This document shows positions 59,495 to 64,000 of a DNA stretch of 64,000 nt, piece after piece; position 1 is the stretch's first letter; each line of letters begins with the position of its first letter. The position numbers and the translations under genes are program-made. The stretch spans positions 134,123 through 198,122 of the forward strand of contig JANORS010000005.1 of the NCBI GenBank assembly GCA_031415455.1, read 5' to 3'. The notes under the pieces were generated by a model. That model saw only the letters and a list, made by a program, of their open reading frames with translations. It had not been told where the DNA came from and did not search any database. This DNA comes from Acidobacteriota bacterium (GTDB lineage: Bacteria > Acidobacteriota > Blastocatellia > Pyrinomonadales > Pyrinomonadaceae).

Positions 59495-62299
59495 TTAGCA
59501 TTTGCCGATTATAACAAATGGTGACCAATAATAAGGATGTGAATTTTGACTAATAAAACTGATTTGTGAGGTTCTCAGACTTTCACTGAATGACTTGCCT
59601 TTTTTGACTTCTGTATAAAAATATTTCATCAAATTTTGCGTAGCTTCGTCATTAACATTCCACAAACTCAACAATAATGTGCTTGCTCCGGCGGATAGAA
59701 ATCCGCGAGATAATCCAAGTAACTCTTCGCCTTCTGAAAGAAGATTTAAACCTGTTTCACAAGCACTAAGTGTAACTAATTCAGTGTTTAGCTTCATTGA
59801 ACAAACATCGCGAACCGTTATCCAACCATCTGATAGACGTAACGAAGAAAACATCGGATTGTCTTGCCTAAACTCTCCATGACAAGCTATGTGAAGAATA
59901 TCAAACTTGTCTGCATATTTATTGAAATTGGCAAAAGTTGCATTTTCACCGGTTAATGCAACTTTTTCATCAAAGATATTTGAGAGAGTTTTTATCTCTT
60001 CATTTACAAGCGGAATTTTTTCATCGGCATAGCCAATAAATAACGCATTTTTTAATTTACGTTCTGGTTTTGAGAAGCAAATTTGAAAAACAAAAGCACT
60101 TGGTGCAGTTGAAACTTCTCTTTTTTCAATAAGATAACAATCACCATCGTGCAGTGCGTTAAAAGGAACATAGTGTAATTTTCCGAATGGAATAATAACT
60201 AAATTACGATTTTCCAAAAAACTCTCGAGTGGTTTTATGAGCTTTTCATACAATTTTTTCAGATAAAAATCAGCTCGCTTTTTTAATTCAACGGCAAAAC
60301 CGACAAGATTTTTTGCTCCATAACTCAATGCTCCAAATTGAAAATGTAAACCTTCAAGTAAATTTGTAATTTCATCATTTTTTATCAAGTTATCTATAAA
60401 GTAAACATCTTGATTGGTGACGACAAATGCCGATATTTCATCATCAAACCCGACAAATTCAATCAAAACTTTATCTTTGCCAAGTTGATTTTGTAATTTT
60501 GGTATATCAATTAAGTTTCTTTTATTAAATGACTTATCGTTAGTGTTGTTTAATTTTCTTTGAACTTCAGTAATTGCCTGTTCGCGTTTTTTAACTTCTT
60601 CTTGTAAAACTTCAATTTCAGAATCGCTTGCACGAATTAAACGACTATAAAACCAATTTAATTCTTCGCGTAAATTATCGAGTTGTTTGCTTAGTTTTGT
60701 CGAAACTTTATTAGATTTGAGTGAATTATTTTCAGTTCCAAGACTATCTACCAAAGTTCTTGAGCGTGAATGTTCGATAAACAGCAATGCTTCTGCAAAA
60801 CGTTTTTCACGGATATAAATCTTCGCAAGCTCTTGATATGGAACGAGTTTGTTTGCTAAAAATGCCATCCGAAACTCTTCGGCAGGCAAAGGATCACGTA
60901 ATAACTCAATCAACTCGATCGCTTTTTTAAAATACTTTTTCGCATCAGTTATTCTATTTTCTAATAAAGCTAATTTACCCAAAGAAATTTGTGAAGCCTG
61001 TGCAATTTGTCCGTTTTCTTGATTGATTGCTGCGATAAAAGTTACTTCAAGAATCTTTTTTGCCGATTCAAATTTTTTGAGATTGATAAAACATTCTGCT
61101 TTTAACCAACTTGCAGTTAACTGATGTCGAAAATTGCCGGATTTAACTAATAATTCGTCAGCCTTAAGTGTTAATTTAAGAGCTTTACCATAATTTTTTT
61201 CACTAACTTCGAGTTGTGCTTCACTTAATTTAACAACCGCTGCACCAACTAAATTTTTTTCTGAAACATAGAGTTTTGCTGCTTTGTGGAGTTCCAAAGA
61301 TGCAATTTGTGACATGCCTAAATTAATTGCAACACGCCCGAAATTAGCCCTTGATCGAGCTTCTTCACCTTGCATTTTTAGAGTTTTAAAAGAATTAACA
61401 ATGCGTTCATAAATGTCAAACGCTTCGCTATTCAGGTTCAAATCCAAATAAGCGTCGGCAATTTCCAGTTCAGCTGTGGCAACTTGATGTGGCATCTTTA
61501 GTTCATCATATTTCTGCCTTGAAAACTCTAAATATTTTAATGCTTCATCATATCGACCTCTAAAAAGAGCAAGATTTCCAAGGCTAGATTCAATTTCCGC
61601 TTCGGTCACAAACATCTTTGCGGCTTTAGCATGACTTAATGCTTCAGAATAAACTTTATCGGCTTCATTAAATCTATTTTGTGAAGTGTAAACCGTGGCT
61701 AAGCAATTTTCGACCATTGTAAGCTCTTTATAATTACCTACTTTTTCAAATCGCTTCATTGCGGATAGAAATCTTTTTTCTGCATCATCATAGAAATCTC
61801 GACGCCAAAAAATGTTTCCAATATTCTTCTCAACTTTTCCGACTGCTAATTCATCGTGACATTTTTTGAATATTTTTATAGCCTCTTTTCCACAATTTAT
61901 AGCTTCATCGTATCTCCCAAGCATTGCTAGAGCATACAGTTTGCTGACTTGAGTTTGTGCAGATTCATTATCCTTGCCCAGAACAATAAAGCTTTCAGAT
62001 GCATTATTAAGACTTTCGATGGCTGAAATCAATTTTCCCTTGGTCAGTAAAGCAATTCCGGAAACCCAGAAATATAAAGCTGTAATTTCGTCATTGGTAG
62101 TTAATTTAAGGATGGTTTTTATAGCTTTTGAGGCTTTCAAAACTCTTTGCGGTTCGTTTGTCCACGAATCGTAATAAGTGTCTTTGAGTGCTTGAGCAAT
62201 GCTGAGAAATTGGTCTTCTGGAATTTCCTTCAAAAGATCAAGACGTTCAGACTCTTTGGTTGCAACAATCAATTTTTCAGCTAGTTTTTTGTATTCCAT
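59495..62299 (-). CDS. TPR-repeat protein with a C-terminal CHAT (caspase-like) protease domain, cytoplasmic
   Basis: 934 aa with no signal peptide. About a dozen TPR-like A..Y/A..L repeats. CHAT dyad contexts ILHIACHGEF and LVTLSACETG. Confidence 0.85.
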   Translation of the reverse strand: MEYKKLAEKLIVATKESERLDLLKEIPEDQFLSIAQALKDTYYDSWTNEPQRVLKASKAIKTILKLTTNDEITALYFWVSGIALLTKGKLISAIESLNNASESFIVLGKDNESAQTQVSKLYALAMLGRYDEAINCGKEAIKIFKKCHDELAVGKVEKNIGNIFWRRDFYDDAEKRFLSAMKRFEKVGNYKELTMVENCLATVYTSQNRFNEADKVYSEALSHAKAAKMFVTEAEIESSLGNLALFRGRYDEALKYLEFSRQKYDELKMPHQVATAELEIADAYLDLNLNSEAFDIYERIVNSFKTLKMQGEEARSRANFGRVAINLGMSQIASLELHKAAKLYVSEKNLVGAAVVKLSEAQLEVSEKNYGKALKLTLKADELLVKSGNFRHQLTASWLKAECFINLKKFESAKKILEVTFIAAINQENGQIAQASQISLGKLALLENRITDAKKYFKKAIELIELLRDPLPAEEFRMAFLANKLVPYQELAKIYIREKRFAEALLFIEHSRSRTLVDSLGTENNSLKSNKVSTKLSKQLDNLREELNWFYSRLIRASDSEIEVLQEEVKKREQAITEVQRKLNNTNDKSFNKRNLIDIPKLQNQLGKDKVLIEFVGFDDEISAFVVTNQDVYFIDNLIKNDEITNLLEGLHFQFGALSYGAKNLVGFAVELKKRADFYLKKLYEKLIKPLESFLENRNLVIIPFGKLHYVPFNALHDGDCYLIEKREVSTAPSAFVFQICFSKPERKLKNALFIGYADEKIPLVNEEIKTLSNIFDEKVALTGENATFANFNKYADKFDILHIACHGEFRQDNPMFSSLRLSDGWITVRDVCSMKLNTELVTLSACETGLNLLSEGEELLGLSRGFLSAGASTLLLSLWNVNDEATQNLMKYFYTEVKKGKSFSESLRTSQISFISQNSHPYYWSPFVIIGKC

Positions 62300-62323
62300 C
62301 GCAACTAAACTTTAACAACAAAT

Positions 62324-62355
62324 AAAAAAAAGCGAGAAGCCTTTCGACTTTTCGC
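62324..62355 (-). terminator. Rho-independent terminator (or attenuator) between the 169-aa gene and the CHAT gene
   Basis: Minus strand GCGAAAAG-tcgaaagg-CTTCTCGC followed by T8. A second hairpin CGTTTCT/AGAAACG lies at 62360-62383. Confidence 0.55.
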
Positions 62356-62384
62356 TAGTCGTTTCTAACCCCCGAAAGAAACGA

Positions 62385-62894
62385 TTAAGTTAACTCAATT
62401 CCCTGAATAGTAATTTCTTTTTCACCATTTTTTATAATCAAATCGCAAATTCCGCTTGGAATATTCGAAAATGTAAATTCGCTCATTTCATTTGCTTTTG
62501 CTGAAAATTCTCCAAGCCAAATTTCACAATTCACAAAACCTTCACCAAGAATTTGTCCTTTGACTTCGCCGTTGTTAATACGAATGTCAATGCTATTTTC
62601 GCCAGCTTGAAAGAGCATTTGTCGCGATTTTGAAACAGACGCGGAACGCTCACCAAAGGCAGGTTGACCTTGCTTCAAATCTATCTGTAATACTGCTAAC
62701 ACCTTTTGCATCAACGACTTTCTAGGTTCGGATACTTTTGAGCGAAAGATATTTTTCGACCATTGTATCGCGTCTTTTGGTGCGTCAAAGGAATTATCTT
62801 TTTGCATTAGACTTACAATTTTGTCGATCAGATTGTCATTTGAGTTTGCCATTGTGTTCATTTTCGTTGTCCGCCTCATTGGTTTCTCAAACAT
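62385..62894 (-). CDS. Soluble 169-aa protein, candidate sigma-factor partner; C-terminal beta-sandwich-like segment
   Basis: Lies 44 nt downstream of the ECF sigma gene. No TM helix and no HxxxCxxC. The C-terminus (GQILGEGF...FTFSNIPSGICDLII) looks like a CarboxypepD_reg fold. The start codon is uncertain, with several ATGs in the first 15 codons. Confidence 0.45.
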   Translation of the reverse strand: MFEKPMRRTTKMNTMANSNDNLIDKIVSLMQKDNSFDAPKDAIQWSKNIFRSKVSEPRKSLMQKVLAVLQIDLKQGQPAFGERSASVSKSRQMLFQAGENSIDIRINNGEVKGQILGEGFVNCEIWLGEFSAKANEMSEFTFSNIPSGICDLIIKNGEKEITIQGIELT

Positions 62895-62938
62895 ACAGTG
62901 CGAGAAATGTCAGACAAAAGACAAATACTTGAAAAAAT

Positions 62939-63523
62939 TTAGTTAATTAGAATTTTAGCTAATTTATCTAAGCAGCGTTTACGCAGTGGACTAATACTTG
63001 TTTCACCAACTCCAATTGCTTCCGAAACTTCTAAATAACTTGCCGCAGAATCACGCAAATAAATCATTGAGAGAATTTTTTGGCAGCGTTCTTCTAATTG
63101 TTTTAAAGCGTTTCTAATCTGATATTGTTGTTCTATTTCGATTAAAACTTCATCAGCAAGTGGCGAGTTGTCAGCTAAACTCGCCATTTCAAGTTCCATT
63201 TCTTCTTCGGTTTCTGGCGAATAAAAACCTTTTTCGCCGCGAATCATTCCCCAAGTTTTAAATTTTGCGGTTGTTACAAGCCAAGAACGAAGTTTTTCAG
63301 GTTGTTTTATTTCGCTCATTTTCTCAAAAAGAACTAAAAAAACTTCTTGCAAAACATCTGACGATTGTTCTTCTGATAGTCCTGCCCGCCGCGGAATTGT
63401 CACAATTAACCGTTGATAACGATTTACTAACTCATTCCAAGCAGATTCATCGCCATGCTGGCAATTGCGAAGCAGTTCGGTATCAGATTGTCCCAAATTT
63501 GATTCAGAAAACAGTTCAGTCAC
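62939..63523 (-). CDS. ECF-type RNA polymerase sigma-70-family factor
   Basis: 194 aa with a GTG start. Region 2 DVLQEVFLVLFEK and region 4 HTH SYLEVSEAIGVGETSISPLRKRCLDKL. Confidence 0.85.
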   Translation of the reverse strand: MTELFSESNLGQSDTELLRNCQHGDESAWNELVNRYQRLIVTIPRRAGLSEEQSSDVLQEVFLVLFEKMSEIKQPEKLRSWLVTTAKFKTWGMIRGEKGFYSPETEEEMELEMASLADNSPLADEVLIEIEQQYQIRNALKQLEERCQKILSMIYLRDSAASYLEVSEAIGVGETSISPLRKRCLDKLAKILIN

Positions 63524-63601
63524 GATGAATATTTATTGCAAAAATGTAAGCCTTTTCATATTTGAAGTTTATCTTATTGGTCTAAAATTGAAAACAAAAA
63601 C

Positions 63602-63634
63602 AAAAAAAGACAGAAATGTTAAATCTGCCTTTTA
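63602..63634 (-). terminator. Probable terminator downstream of tRNA-Ala
   Basis: Minus strand AGGCAGA-tttaacatt-TCTGTCT (6 of 7 bp) followed by T7. Confidence 0.45.
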
Positions 63635-63659
63635 AGTATATATCGGAAAAGTTTTTTAT

Positions 63660-63732
63660 GGAGACGAGGGGGATCGAACCCCTGACCTCATGACTGCCAG
63701 TCATGCGCTCTCCCAGCTGAGCTACGTCCCCA
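63660..63732 (-). tRNA. tRNA-Ala (GGC)
   Basis: Reverse complement GGGGACGTAGCTCAGCTGGGAGAGCGCATGACTGGCAGTCATGAGGTCAGGGGTTCGATCCCCCTCGTCTCC. Anticodon loop CTGGCAG. The G3:U70 alanine identity pair is present. The base after the acceptor stem reads C rather than the usual A. Confidence 0.9.
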
Positions 63733-63794
63733 AATTTTCAAACTAACAATCATCAAAAATACGAAAGAAACTTCTGCAAGTCAAGCAATCGGAT

Positions 63795-64000
63795 TTAAAA
63801 CTGCTTGATATTGAGTGTTTTAGCGAGTTGGGGCGAAACGCCGAAACGATCGTAATGCGATTTTCGTTCGCGAAAAAGTGCAACTAATTGCGTGTGAGTT
63901 AATTTGTATGTTTCGGCAAATTTAGTGTTTGCACGAAGTTTGTCTAAAACACGCCGCACAATTTCATTCAAACTTGCGACATAAATTTTGGTATTTATCT
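63795..64000 (-). CDS. 3' end of an unidentified CDS (5' part lies outside the window)
   Basis: The minus-strand frame is open from the window edge to TAA 63795-63797 (...KIYVASLNEIVRRVLDKLRANTKFAETYKLTHTQLVALFRERKSHYDRFGVSPQLAKTLNIKQF). No motif recognised. Confidence 0.3.
   Translation of the reverse strand, partial: INTKIYVASLNEIVRRVLDKLRANTKFAETYKLTHTQLVALFRERKSHYDRFGVSPQLAKTLNIKQF

Noticed and set aside
58032-63735. The CHAT/sigma locus considered as a genomic island integrated at tRNA-Ala.
   Set aside because: I could find no integrase gene, no direct repeat of the tRNA 3' end and no obvious boundary. The adjacency to the tRNA is noted but an island is not supported.

Overview
AT-rich, densely coding bacterial chromosomal segment with about 60 protein genes, 2 tRNAs, no rRNA and no CRISPR array. 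Shine-Dalgarno sites such as GGAGG are in use and the envelope proteins look Gram-negative; the taxon cannot be assigned from sequence alone. Most genes are housekeeping: rnr (partial), asnB, rnc, lepB, psuG, obg, nadD, rsfS, rlmH, comF, carA, lipB, cspA-like, pepP, aroK and nadB. These are interspersed with secreted and envelope proteins. The items most worth follow-up are listed here. (1) A signalling locus at 9068-15789. It holds a sigma-54-dependent response regulator, three GACA-N3-TGTC palindromes, a sigma-54-type promoter, a highly structured ~230-nt RNA ending in an intrinsic terminator, and a hybrid histidine kinase with HPt. These are followed by a coiled-coil protein, a 597-aa membrane-spanning protein (Roadblock-like, TM, BON and OmpA-like parts) and a translationally coupled Ras/Rab-like small GTPase. 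(2) A minus-strand array at 58032-63523 next to tRNA-Ala: an ECF sigma factor, a 169-aa soluble partner, a TPR-CHAT caspase-like protease and an S8 subtilase. It resembles the Csx29/Csx30/Csx31/RpoE logic of type III-E CRISPR loci, but no Cas genes or array are present. (3) Three unrelated secreted enzymes or adhesin-like proteins each end in the same six-fold ~45-aa FG-GAP/VCBS-like repeat module. (4) Decay products: a Uma2 nuclease gene with an intact frame but three in-frame TAG codons, an IS3-family remnant that keeps its A_AAA_AAG slippery site but lacks the DDE core, and a second solo copy of the same IS end. All functional calls rest on motif recognition by eye; no database search was run.
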